Shown: one piece after another, positions 25,451 through 38,552 of the stretch
How the letters are laid out: every line of letters begins with the position of its first letter
Position numbering within the stretch: the first letter of the stretch is position 1
Source of the DNA: Octopus vulgaris
Lineage: Eukaryota
Direction: 5' to 3'
Assembly (NCBI GenBank): GCA_951406725.2
Contig: OX597831.1
Span: forward strand, 36,704,001-36,768,000
DNA: 64,000 bases
Position numbers and translations under genes: made by a program
The notes under the pieces: generated by a model
What the model was told of the DNA's origin: nothing
What the model saw: the letters and a program-made list of their open reading frames with translations, nothing else
Databases searched by the model: none

Positions 25451-25483
25451 GGTTGATATGCCTAATAATTTGGGGTGCAGTGT

Positions 25484-25862
25484 TAATGTGGAGGGAATCT
25501 GTGGAAGAGGTAGAATCAGGAAGACATGGGACAAAGTAGTGAAATATGATCTTTGAATGTTGGGCCTAACGAAGGTGATAGCAAGTGACCAAGATCTTTG
25601 GAAATATGCTGGGCTTGAGAAGACTCATCAGCCAAGCAAAATTGTTGTCACACTCATTGCTGGGGGCATGTAAATGGCACTCATGCTAGTGGCACATAAA
25701 AAGCACCCATTACACTCTTGGAGTGGTTGGCGTGAAGAAGGGCATTCAGCCATAGAAACCATGCCGAATCAGAATGGAACCTGGTGCAGTTCTCTGGCAT
25801 ACCAGTTCCAGTCAAACTGTCCAACCCATGCCAGCATGGAAAGCAGTTGGTAAAGGATGATG
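25484..25862 (+). mobile_element. RTE LINE 3' end followed by a long (GAT)n array to ~26040
   Basis: VEGICGRGRIRKTWDKVVKYDL peptide and the shared tail. Confidence 0.8.
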
Positions 25863-27005
25863 ATGACGATGATGACAACGACGACAATGATGATGATGAT
25901 CATGATCATGATGACGATGACGACAATGATGGTGATGATGATGGAGATGATGATCATGATGATGACGATGATGATGATGACAATGATGACGATGACGACG
26001 ATGATGATGACGATGATGATGGAGATGGATGTGATGATGATGTATATTATGTCTGTATTTTCAAGCATGACTTAGAGATTCAGCAAAACGATTTTAATAA
26101 AATGAGTGCCACACTGAAGTAGACAGTGAGATCAGTATAGCTGTCCAAAAGCCCTGAAGGCATTGCCCACATATGACCAGAGGTCAGTGGCTATAACAAC
26201 TAGTAATAGCCTCAAATTTCTGACACAAGGCCGACAGTTTTTTTGAGAGAAGGAGGAAGTGAATTACATCGACCCCCAACAACACTTATTTTATTTACCA
26301 ACTTCTCACACTTATTCTATCAACCTCAAAAGGATGAAAGGCAAAGTCGATTTCAGGAGAATTTGAACTCAGGACACGAAGACAGACAAAATGCTGTGAA
26401 GCATTTTCGTTCAGAGTGATAATGGTTGTGCCAGCTTGCCGCCTTAGCTGTAACTAGCAATAAAATGAAAGCATATACACCCAGCTTTATCCTCATCTCA
26501 TTTTCTCTGCATTTAACTCAGCCTCATATTCTCTCTCTCTCTCTCTTTCTCTCCTTCCTCTGATCTTAATCTTTCTTCCCCTCACTCTCTCTTTCTCTCT
26601 TACTCTCTATCACTCTTTCATGCTTTTCTTTCTTCTTCCCCCCCCCCTTCTGTTCATAGAAAGCAAGTGTCTGCCATAAATCTGTGATCTGTGCAAACTC
26701 AGGTTTTAGTATAATAGCAGATGAGATCAGATGGATATACATATATATACCCTACTTTTAATTTTTCATTTGGCAATGCAATATCAGAATATTAATAAAA
26801 CGAATAATCAAATGCATATCACATTGTCAGTAGCAAAGGGCAGAGATCAAAAGACCATGTGTAGATGTCTACAAAAACGTAGACATTTATAATGATATAT
26901 ACATAAATACATACACAGGAATAAACACATGCATTCCTAGAATGCCAAGCTAGATCATCAAAATAAGGGTATGAATACATACATACATAAATATATGCAT
27001 GTAAG

Positions 27006-27061
<56 letters not shown>

Positions 27062-27697
27062 ATATATATATGTATATATTTATATATATGTATATATATA
27101 TATTTATATATATGTATATATATATATGTATGTATGTATGTATATATTTATATATTATGTATGTATGTATATATATGTATATATGTAAATATATACATAT
27201 GTATATATATATGTATGTGTATACACACACACACACACACACATATATATGCATGAATATATATATAAATATACATATGTATGCATATATATATATGCAT
27301 AAATAAATATATATATATATATATGTAGGTATATGTATGTATATGTATATGTATGTATGTACCTATGTCTACATTCGCAAATGTATACATACCCATATAT
27401 ATATATATATATTATGAACATCAAACATTATGCAGCATCAAATTTCATACCTGTACATAAATATAATTATTGATGGATATTTACAGACACATACGCACAT
27501 GTGTATGTATATGTAGGTATGAGCACATATGCACATGCATGTAGGTGTATATAAAACAGACGCATATATATATATATATATATACATGCATGCATACATA
27601 ATAATACATGCATCTATGTATATACGTATTATCTATAGATTTATCTACCTATCAATCTCTGTCTATATATGTTTGTATATGTATGTATATATATATG

Positions 27698-27739
<42 letters not shown>

Positions 27740-27949
27740 TGTGTGTTGTGAGCCATAAATTCTTTCAATCTTTGAGATAGGTATTCTTTTATACACTCAG
27801 CTTCTTTCCCTTTCAGTGTATATATGTCACTGTATCTCTAAATCAACCAGACTACTGAATGATGTGATACACTGCTGATCACAATGCGCTTCCTTACATT
27901 GTTGTAGCTTTCAAATGATACCACCCCACTGGCTAGGCGGACACAAAAC

Positions 27950-28171
27950 TAACATTCTCTCTTTCTATTTTCCTCTTTCTCCTTCTCTCTTTTTATTTTC
28001 CTCTCCGTTTCTCTCTTTCTCTCTTTCTTTTTTCCTCTCCCCCCTCTCTCTTTCTATATCCCCCTCTCTCTCTCTTTCTGTCTTCTCTCTCATTCTGTTT
28101 TCCTCTCTCTCTTTCTGTCTTTCTTTCTATTTCCCTCTCTCTCTTTCTGTATTCTCTCTCATTCTGTTTTC

Positions 28172-28205
<34 letters not shown>

Positions 28206-28365
28206 CTTTTCCTCTCTCTCTTTCTGCCTTCTCTCTCATTCTACTTTCCTCGCTCTCTCTTTCTCTCTTTCTATTTCCCTCTCTCTCTCTTTCTTTCTTC
28301 TCTCTCATTCTACTTTCCTCTCTCTCTTTCTATTCCCCCCCTCTCTCTTTCTGTCTTCTCTCTCA
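27950..28365. repeat. CT-rich polypyrimidine low-complexity tract
   Basis: Direct reading. Confidence 0.9.
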
Positions 28366-30671
28366 TCTTAATAATCCCCAGTACAGTTTCCACAAAGCAA
28401 GATCCATCAATGACCTGTTCTTCTATGTTACACATTAGTGGGGTCTTGCCATGAAAAAAATTTATGAAAACAATGTTGACACCTTCAATGCAACAAAAAC
28501 TTTTGACTGTATTTGACATGAATACTTCTTATCAAAACTGCTCATGTGTGTGTGTGTGAGCTTGACCCATCTCTCATCTTTTGCATTGGTACTTTCCTCA
28601 CAGACCACAAAATTGCAGGGTATCTAAACAGGTCCTTTTTTTTTGGCCCCTTATCAGCTTATCTCTGACATTCCTCAGCATTTCGTTTTTCACCCAACTT
28701 TTTTCAGTAATTTTGGCTACAATGATCTTCAAGTAATGTTGAAAGAAAGTGAGTTTGTTTTGAAATCCTATATGTAAGAATAAAAGGAAGTTTATCTCTT
28801 CTGTTTTTATTACTAAAATTATGTTTGTGTTTAGTTGTGTGTTTGAAATATCTTGAAGTCATTATCATCATCATCATCATCATCGTTTAATGTCGGCTTT
28901 CCATGCTAGCATGGGTTGGACGATTTGACTGAGGTCTGGCAAACCAGATGGCTGCACCAGACTCATCCTATAAATATTCTCAATATATTCTGAGTTTTAA
29001 ACTCAAATCAAATCTTGCTCTAAGCATTTAAATTTGCGAGCAGTTTGTGTATTTGTTGTAGTTGCAGTTATTGTTTGGTCATAAGTTTGTTCAATTACCA
29101 GTTGTTAGAAGCAGATATGGTGACTTTGAATATCGTAAAATGAAAAATTTGAAAATTTTTAATTGAAATGTTTGATGTATTTGTAGAAAAGAGGGAAATG
29201 TTTAGTGATTAATTTGAATACGTTGTGTGCTGCATAGGTCATTTCCTCACTGTTAAAAGGAGAGTTATACCAAGTAATTCTTGGTTTTGATTGTAGCCAT
29301 TATTAATGTGTCTGTTGTGTTTGTCCATTAAAATAATTTATTCATTGTATATACTTTTAGAGTAAGATATAAAATCCAGAATATATGGCAATCAAAATAT
29401 TCTTCAAAACTTCGTTGGTGATTTGATGATAGAGAGGTGTATTTTGCAATTTTCCTTTCTGGATTTGATTATACACATGGTTTATTTAAGTTAAGGATCA
29501 CCTTAGGAATATTGGCAAAAGTTATATAATAGTTATGTCAGTGTTATATAAAATATAATAGTTATGTCAGTGGTTATATAAAATCAACTTAGTTTAAATA
29601 AAAGATAATGATTTTTTCCCTCTTAAATGAGCATCATCTAGATAAAGTCAACCATTGAATTTATGCGAGAATTTTTCAAATTTTACATTAATAATTTTTC
29701 TTTGGGTTTTATTACGATACACTTTTTTCCAAGTAGTATAATAAATTTGTAAGGTTTGGATGATAAAATGATTTTATTTTTTAATACATAAGTTTACATG
29801 CATAACCTTATAACTAAATCACATGATTCAATCTTGAACATGCAGCTGACTCCCATTGTTTGCTGCATTTTCTTTAATTCATTATTAAAAAAAAGACCCC
29901 AAAAAACTGTGCATTCAAGCATTCGTTGTTGTATGTATAAGCAGCAATTATGTTAGTGATTTTGTTTTACATTATTTCCATGATTTTCCCCTGACCAAGC
30001 ATCAGTGTGATCTCAGTATCAAATTTGGTTTTCTTGTTGACAAAATGTACACCACTGGGAATCATAAACTTAATTTGTACACACACACACACACATACAC
30101 ACACACACATTTGGTGTGCATCAAGATGGGTTGTTTGAACTATTTACACAAATATCAACAAATGTATATGATCCAGATATATTTTTACATTTTCAAGATC
30201 TTTGGTAAGTCTGTTACTTCTACAATATACTTATAATTTGGTTGAAATTTCTAGTTCGTAACATTTAAGATTTTAATTTGTAATTTGATCTCATTCTGCT
30301 AGATTTCTTTCATAACTTGATTTATTCTTAGATCAGCCAGATACTTAGTTCAGAATTTCCTGCTCCTTGTGTTGAGAAAAAAAAAATGGATGGAGGGTGC
30401 AATATGAGGTGAAATGATGGCACATCCTAGCTTCTTTAAATATGGAAGCAATTTTAGCCTCTGATTTATCCTGGCAAAGCAAAGCTCCACTTCTAGCTGC
30501 TATGAATATATTGTTTGTTCCTTCTTGAGCCACGCCTGGCTCATTAGGGCTGGTTTCCCGGTCTCCTTGGCGTATAGGTTCCCCACCTGGATGGGACACT
30601 GGTCCATTGCAGGTGAGCTGCAAGATGCAGGAGGAAAGAGTGAGAGAAAGTTGTGGCAAAAGAGTCAGCAG

Positions 30672-30815
30672 AGGTCTGGCGGTGTTAAATTAGGTGATCT
30701 TGGTGGCCAAAATCCCTTCAAAATAATCCTTTTACTGAAAAGCTCCTAAAGTTGCTCCATGGTGATGCGGAGGATGAAAAAAATTCACTGCGAAGAGACT
30801 TTTTGAACACCCTGT
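30672..30815 (-). mobile_element. Tc1/mariner deletion remnant
   Basis: Reverse strand encodes WPPRSPNLTP; end reads TAcagggtgttcaaaa. Confidence 0.55.
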
Positions 30816-31024
30816 AGAAGCAATTTTATTTTTGATTAAGATTTTATTCTGTTAAAGCAACATTCGACTTCTACTCTATTGAGAGTTTGATTTCTGAACA
30901 TGAATATTTGTAAGATTTTATATGCAAAGAAAAAAAAAACAAGACAATGATATACCTATAGGTACATATGTATGAGCGTATACACACATATAAAGACAAT
31001 ATATACATATATTGACACCTGATG

Positions 31025-31231
31025 TTACTGCAGCAGCTGCTGCTACTACTACTACTACTACTACTACAACTACTGCTGCTGCTGTGGCTACTGCTGCTAC
31101 TACTACTACTACTATTGCAGCTGCTTCTCCTGCTGTTGCTGCTGCTGCTCTGGCTGCTGTTGTTGCTGCTGCTGCTCTGGCTGCTGTTGTTGCTGCTGCT
31201 GCTACTACTACTACTACTACTACTACTGCAG

Positions 31232-31272
<41 letters not shown>

Positions 31273-31275
31273 GAA

Positions 31276-31310
<35 letters not shown>

Positions 31311-31410
31311 GGCTGCTGTTGTTACTGCTGCTGCTACAACAGCTACTACTACTACTGCTGCTGCTGCAGCTCCCGTTGCTGCTGCTGCTACTACTACTAC
31401 TACTACTACG
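31025..31410. repeat. (GCT)n/(ACT)n compound microsatellite
   Basis: Direct reading. Confidence 0.95.
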
Positions 31411-32564
31411 GTTTCACTGTTTCTTTTCTCATTTCCTTCTGTTTATCCTAATATAATTTCTTCCAACTGAGTGTCGATAATGGAAAGGATATCAGCTTAC
31501 ATAAATACTCCAGTTTATTCTTTCAGTCCTTTACACATAGCATATATTTTCAATACATTTCAAATTCTATTCCCATATTTCAATGATCATAATGGTCCAT
31601 TAAAATACTAATTAAAATTTTGGCTTCACATTATTTGACTTCTTATTTTATTTAATTTTGATCAGAGGTCTAATGAATAGAGTTTCCACAATTCCTCATA
31701 GGTAGTTGGCTGATACAGCTCTGTGTCTATAAATATAGAAACAATTATGTCAGGTATTCTTTATATGAGTTTCCTCTGATGAAGTATCGATGTAAAATAT
31801 GTAAAATTTGGCCTGATTGCAGAAACTACATAAATTGGATGCAATATGGACAGTTTGGATTATTAATTGTTGTTACCATGGGGATATGCCTGTCTGTGTG
31901 TGTTTGCATAAGTGATATATATTGTATTGTGTATCTAAAAAGACCGATAGAATAAGTAGTAGGCTTACAAAAGAGTAAAAAAAAACCCTGATAAACCATT
32001 GTTTGTTACTATTAAAGCTTTTGAATGCTCACTTTTTGGAACTCCTATTGAATTTGTTCTTTCTTACAATTCTCTGTACATGAGCACCTTTAGGTGTTGT
32101 TCTTTGAATATAGCCACCCTGCCATAATAACTGATGTAGCACTTCAACATCAATGCCAATGAGTCTGGAGTGTTGCAGAATTTTCTTATTTCAATGTCAT
32201 TTTGCCTGCTTGTTCATAACATGCTTCACAAGCTTCTCTCATGGGTATGTTCCAACCATACTCAATCTTTGCAGTTGTGGCTTACAACACCTACTCTCAA
32301 CCACTCTCCCCACATATTCTACTCCCACCCACACTCATAGTTCTTCTTTTCCTACTTGCTTCCACATGAACACCTTAATATTACTATTTATCCCTCTTCA
32401 GTTTTTGGTGATCATTCTCATCCTCTTTTCTGATAGTTAGAAGCCATGTAGCTCTTCTACAAGAACCTACTCTTCAACTCTCTTCTCTCATATTCTTAGC
32501 ATAAAGTCTGAAGCTGACCTCCTTTGTCTCAGGTTTAGTAGTCTTGCAAGATGCATGTTATGCG

Positions 32565-33470
32565 AAGGAGTGGCTGTGTGGTAAGTAGCTTGCTTACCAA
32601 TTACATGGTTCCGGGTTCAGTCCCACTGCATGGCACCTTGAGCAAGTGTCTTCTACTATAGTCTCGGGCTGACCAAAGCCCTGTGAGTGGATTTGGTCAA
32701 TGGAAACTGAAAGAAGCCCGTTGCATATATGTATCGCTTGACAACCGATGATGGTGCATTTACATCCCCATAACTTAGCGGTTTGGTGAAAGAGACCGAT
32801 AGAATAAGTACTAGACTTACAAAGATTAAGTCCTGGGGTCGATTTTCTCAACTAAAGGCGGTGCTCCAGCATGGCCACAGTCAAATGACTGAAACAAGTA
32901 AAAGAGTAAAGAGTAAAGAGAGTATAACTTCACTAGTGCTGGCGGCATGATAAAAAAGCACTCAGTACATGCAGTAAAGTATGTATGTGCAAATGTATAT
33001 TTGTTGTTCTTATCTTTACTTGCTTCAGTCATTAGACGGTAACCATGCTGGAGCACGGCCTTAAAGAACTTTAGCCAAATGAATCAACCCCAGTACTTTT
33101 TTTTCAAAGCCTGGTACTTACTGTATCAGTTGTTTTTGCTGAACCACTAAGTTACAGGGACATGAACCCACCAACACCAGTTGTCAAGTGGTGCTTGGGG
33201 ACAAAGACAGACACAAAGACACACACATGCATGCATACACACACGCACACACACACACGTACACGCACACACACACATACATACATACATACATACATAC
33301 ATACATACATACAACAAACTTCTTTCAGTTTCCATCTACCTAATCCGCTCACAATACCTTGATCAGCCCAAGGCAATAGTAGAAGACACTTGCCCAAGAT
33401 GCCATGTAATGGGACTGAACCCAGAGCCATATGGTCAGGAAGTAAGCTTCTTACCACACTGTCGTACCTG
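32565..33470. mobile_element. Two SINE A copies, tail to tail (plus 32565-32922, minus ~33010-33470)
   Basis: Match to the SINE A copy at 44640-45062. Confidence 0.9.
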
Positions 33471-33634
33471 TGCCTGGTTGGTATGTAAAAATTTAAATAT
33501 GATTTTGTTGTTTCATTTAATCATGAGATATTGTAGACATGACTCAGCAGACAGGTTTAACTACATTCAGAAGTGAAGCCCTCCACAAAATTTTAACAAC
33601 AAATAAATCACACACACACACACACAGATGTATG

Positions 33635-34092
33635 TATAAAATTGCAGTGTGGAAGATGTTTGTAAGCCATTTAAGGAATACACAAAAACTATTAGTTTCA
33701 CAGCCCGCACTGTTAACCCTTATGCCATATGCTTGTGGGCTTAGGAGGTTTTGCTTTTTCTAGTACCTGTCTCACTTTCCACCTTAGTTCATCTCCCTGA
33801 GCTTTTGGTATCTTTATGGTTTTCTCACGGGCATATGGCATAGTGGTTAATTTTAATTTGTGTGAAAATATTTTCATCACTTTGAAACTGCAGCTTCGAA
33901 GTTTTGTCAGTGAACAGGTCGTGGTTTCAAAGCAGTGAAAATATTTTGATACAAGTTGAATTTAAATGTTGAAGTGAAACTAACGGTTTTTGTGTGTTCC
34001 TTAAATTGTTTACAAACATTTTCCATACTGCACTTGTTTTTGTTCCAGCACATGATGTCAGACCAAGTCACTTGCTATGTAAGTACATCTCC
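33635..34092. mobile_element. Rearranged copy of the 7805-8010 repeat containing the head-spacer-head core of the tRNA/HHR element (33700-33850)
   Basis: 33635-33700 is the reverse complement of ~7945-8010; 33900-34090 matches parts of 7805-8005; 33700-33850 matches 37271-37426. Confidence 0.75.
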
Positions 34093-34093
34093 A

Positions 34094-34136
<43 letters not shown>

Positions 34137-34233
34137 ATCCAAACATGAAAACACAAAGAGAAAACACAACAACACGAGGACGTGGAACAAGTATAGTATT
34201 ATTGGACGCTCAGGAAAGAAGGAAAGAAAGAGG

Positions 34234-34268
34234 GTTTAACGATTCAAGCGGAGCTCTTCGTCAGAAAC
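34234..34268 (-). ncRNA. Decayed minimal hammerhead motif in a short repeat (~34132-34345)
   Basis: gttt-CTGACGA-a-gagc-tcc-gctt-GAATC-GTT-aaac (A15.1 changed to T). Confidence 0.5.
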
Positions 34269-35074
34269 ATAGGAAGAGGAAAGATCCAAAGAAGGGAAGA
34301 TGGAGGAAAAAAATCGCCAATGGTACACACGCGGTCACATTTTGAATGTATATATATATACATATATATATCAAAGATACAATGACTTATACAATGCTGA
34401 CAAATCTGCTATCTGAAACAGGACTCAGAATTCAGAGACTGTGGTTCACCAGCTTGTTTGTACCAGTGATTATATGAAACACAGGTGTTTATATATATTC
34501 TGAAAAAAAAATCACACATAAATAAGTTATACTCTATCTCAAGTATAGAGTGCTTTCTTATGTCTCTTACAATTAAAGAATACAACCCACCACATGAGTG
34601 TGTGTGTTTGTGTTTATACACACACTCACACACACACATATATCTATTGGCATGCACCAAAAATATACACATAACAATTTGGTCAATATATGTTATTTAC
34701 AAAAAGGTAATTAGATAACTCACCATTTGTTTATTCAATATTATACAGGCAAGTTCCACACATAGGAAGACATATATAAGCACACATACACACAAACACC
34801 TATGCACACATACATATAAACACATATGCACACACACATATGTGTGTGTGTGTATGTGTGTGCATGTGTGTGCATGTGTGTGCATGTGTGCATTTGTAAC
34901 CACAAAAATATGTGTACACTGGTATGCACGATAAATAAATATACAAATAAACTAATGGAAGTTAATATCTTACATATAATAGTTACACAATATATGTTTA
35001 AAATCTACTATGAGCACATGGAAATGCACAGACGTACATACTTATATATACTTATATATATACTTATATATATA

Positions 35075-35111
<37 letters not shown>

Positions 35112-35393
35112 TTATATATATACTTATATATATATATGTTTACCTACATACAAGCATAGATACATATATACAGACATACACACATGAAATGATACTTTTG
35201 TTCATAAACTATATTAGTAAACATATTGAAACACAAACACAAAAATCAATCTAGTTAAGAAATTGCTCATTCTTGCTGTTTTGATGACGCATTTTCCTAA
35301 AAGCCTACCAGCCATTCTTTTTTATTCATCTATGCATACACTTGTATGCGTACGAATTGTATATATATGTATATATCTATCTATCTATCTATC

Positions 35394-35436
<43 letters not shown>

Positions 35437-35458
35437 TTATATATATGTTTGTGTGTGT

Positions 35459-35507
<49 letters not shown>

Positions 35508-35697
35508 CATATCTGTATGTATGAATCTATATATATGTATGTATATATATATATATGTATATGTATATATATGTATGTATACATATCTGTATGTATGAAT
35601 CTATATATATGTATGTATATATATATATATATGTATGTATATGTATATATATGTATGTATACATATCTGTATGTATGAATATATATATATATGTATG

Positions 35698-35753
<56 letters not shown>

Positions 35754-36384
35754 CATGTATTTGTGCATGTATATATATTTATATATACATGCTTACACAC
35801 ACACATATATGCATATTTGTTTATATATATGCACACACATACATATCTGTTTATCGACCTATCCGAATGTATGTATGAATGTATGTATGTATGTATGTAT
35901 GTATGTATGTATGTATGTATGTATGTATGTATGTATTCATTGATCATTTATATAGAAAAAATGAAATAACCAATGTTTTTATTTACGAGTATTTTGAGTG
36001 AAAGTCATTTTCTGATTATTTTCTATGTTTTCCATTTAGTAAATATAGAGAATTCATGTATTTTTTTTTTGCCTATTTTAGTTTCCAAGATTCAATATTT
36101 ATCACATGCATTATTTAAATGTCCACCCATCTATATACACTAACCAGGTTTTACCTGGAATCGAGAATTTTCAGCACATCAGATAAGAAAACCTTACAAT
36201 ATTTTCCCCAGCTCTTTACGTTCTGAGTTCAAATCTAACCAAGCTGAAATTCGCTTTTCACCCCGACTACTAACCATAGTATAACAGTAACAGTCAAAAA
36301 TTGAAGCTGATAAAATTGACTGCTATTTTTAGCTCCTCTCAAAATTGCTCACCTTGTACTTAAATTCAAAACAATTATTAAACC

Positions 36385-36561
36385 CATTATTTACATTATT
36401 TACATTTGACAGATATTTGTCCTCATCTTGTTTGTTGTTAACACAACATTTCGGCTGATAGACCCTCCAGCTTTCATCAGGTGTCTTGGGGAAATTTCAA
36501 ACCTGGGTTCTCATTCCTAAGGTATTTTTCAATGTTATTATTTTTATTATTATTATTAATA

Positions 36562-36622
<61 letters not shown>

Positions 36623-37157
36623 CATTATTATTATTGAGTGAGAGAGCAGTGCATGCCATCAAAATGACACTGGGGTAAAATATACGAAGCCCAGTATACC
36701 TATCATGACTACCCATCTGATAAGGTTACACTAGGCACATGCATCACAACCATATGTGCGCGACATGGTGATCTCATATCAAGATAAACAGCACATGACC
36801 TTGCAGGTGGGGCCCAATTAGAATTATCTGGTCAAGTAACTCATCCTGCTCAAAAGGTCCCTGAATAAGGGTTGTTTAAGGATGTTGAATGAAACACCCA
36901 TGTTTCCAAAGGGGAATTATTCAAACCCCAAAGAATCACACTCAACACATGGCTATGATGCTCCCCCACTACTTCTGCTTATGATCAGAGATGCACATAT
37001 CGTCAGCCACCAAGGAACAGGCTCAACTGGTTAAAGTCAAACACCTGACAAGCAAATCTGTGGTATTGAGCAGAATATTTGCTGTAGCCTATCTTTTATA
37101 CCAACACAAAACAATGTAAATGATAACACTTCCAATCAGTTAAGTTATTTTAACCAC

Positions 37158-37219
<62 letters not shown>

Positions 37220-37310
37220 GTTATTGTTCAGGTCACTGCTTGGAATTGAACTAGGAATATTGGGGTTAGTAGCCCGCACTGTTAACCCTTATGCCACATG
37301 CTTGTGGGCT
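36385..37310 (-). mobile_element. tRNA-head/HHR element split by a ~500-bp unclassified insertion (36636-37160) in its (TAA)n linker
   Basis: Tail with HHR at 36441-36484; head at 37227-37310. Confidence 0.8.
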
Positions 37311-37399
37311 TAGGAGGTTTTGCTTTTCCTAGTACCTGTCTTACTTTCCCCCTTAGTTCATCTCCCTGAGCTTTTGGTATCTTTATGGTTTTCTCTTAT

Positions 37400-37511
37400 G
37401 CCCACGGGCATATGGCATAGTGGTTAAGAGTGCAGGCTACTAACACCAAGGTTCCAAGTTGGATTCCAAGCAGTGACCTGAACAATAACAATAACAATTA
37501 CGATAATAATC

Positions 37512-37547
<36 letters not shown>

Positions 37548-37728
37548 TTGAAAAATATTTTAGGAATGAGAACCCAGATTCGAAATTTCCCCAAGACACC
37601 TGAAGAAAGCTGCAGGGTATATCAGCTGAAACGTTGTGTTAACAACAAACAAGATGGGGACAAATATCTGTTGAATGTAAATAATGTAAATAATGTACAT
37701 AATTCCGCATCCCTTAAATATAGAACTG
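37400..37728 (+). mobile_element. Best copy of the tRNA-like head + (TAA)n + hammerhead element
   Basis: A box tggcatagtgg, ctactaa loop, B-box-like gttggattcc, TAA run, HHR, (aatgtaaat)n. Confidence 0.85.
37596..37639 (+). ncRNA. Minimal type I hammerhead ribozyme motif, core intact
   Basis: acac-CTGAAGA-a-agctg-cagggtatat-cagct-GAAAC-GTT-gtgt; loopless palindromic stem III (AACGTT). Confidence 0.75.
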
Positions 37729-37738
37729 AATTATTAAA

Positions 37739-37947
37739 CCCCTTAGCATTCAGATTATTCTTTTCTATGTTCTTGTTTATTTATTCACATTCGTTTTAAT
37801 TAACCATGCTTTCAAATTTCAATGATATGATTATTTAAGCTTAAAATGTAATAGTAGAATAGGTGTGAGAGGCTGCATCTGGCTGGTTTGAATGTAGAAC
37901 AGATAGAATATTAGGGCCTGATATGGTCAGTTTAAATGCTAAAGGAC
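37739..37947. mobile_element. piggyBac-like MITE
   Basis: TTAA near both ends; ccttagcatt / aatgctaaagg imperfect TIRs. Confidence 0.55.
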
Positions 37948-38502
37948 TTAAATGTCCAACTATGCTTGACTACATTTTGGGGTCAAGCCAATGAGGGACC
38001 CATTACATCAGGGATTCTCAAATAACTATTGCTTAGTGTCCAGCTTTTTCTGATTAGCACTTTTACAAAAACACTCAAGTCATGTTATGTAATGAATAAA
38101 TATAAGAAATAAGCAGTAATTATTTTAATCAAACAGAAGCTAATTTTCACAGTGGTTTACTATCTTTTATTTTATATTTGCTTTAGTCTTCAGAATGTGG
38201 CCCAGCTGGGGCTCTACCCTGAAGAAACATTTTAGTTGAAGGAATCAACCCTGACTGTCAAGCAGTGATGAGGAAAAAACACACACACACACACACACAT
38301 ATATATGCCATGGGCTTTTTTCAGTTTCTGTATACTTTGTCTATATTAAGTTCCCCCAATCCATTCACAAGGCTTTTGTTGACCCCAGGCTATAGTAGAA
38401 GACACTTGCCCAGATCAGCACCTTTTTCCTGTGAGCTTGCTGTCTTTTAAAATATATTTATTGTCTCTGCTTTAAATATTTTAATTCTAGAAAAATAATG
38501 AT

Positions 38503-38552
38503 GAGCCTAGTTAGTACTTGGATGGATGACCACTTGGGAAACCTATGTGTCT
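38503..38552 (+). pseudogene. 5S rRNA 3'-half fragment
   Basis: gagcctagttagtacttggatggatgaccacttgggaaac vs 5S GGGCCTGGTTAGTACTTGGATGGGAGACCGCCTGGGAATAC. Confidence 0.7.

Larger units (their letters stand above)
23090..25482 (+). mobile_element. Decayed Tc1-family transposon with long TIRs; right TIR interrupted at 24608-25450
   Basis: TA-cactgcaaccc left end and ggggtgcagtg right end; ~170-bp TIR similarity (23090-23260 vs 24465-24607 plus 25451-25482). Confidence 0.9.

Noticed and set aside
27915-28454. 179-aa S/L/F-rich, membrane-like ORF
   Set aside because: Translation of a CT-rich low-complexity tract
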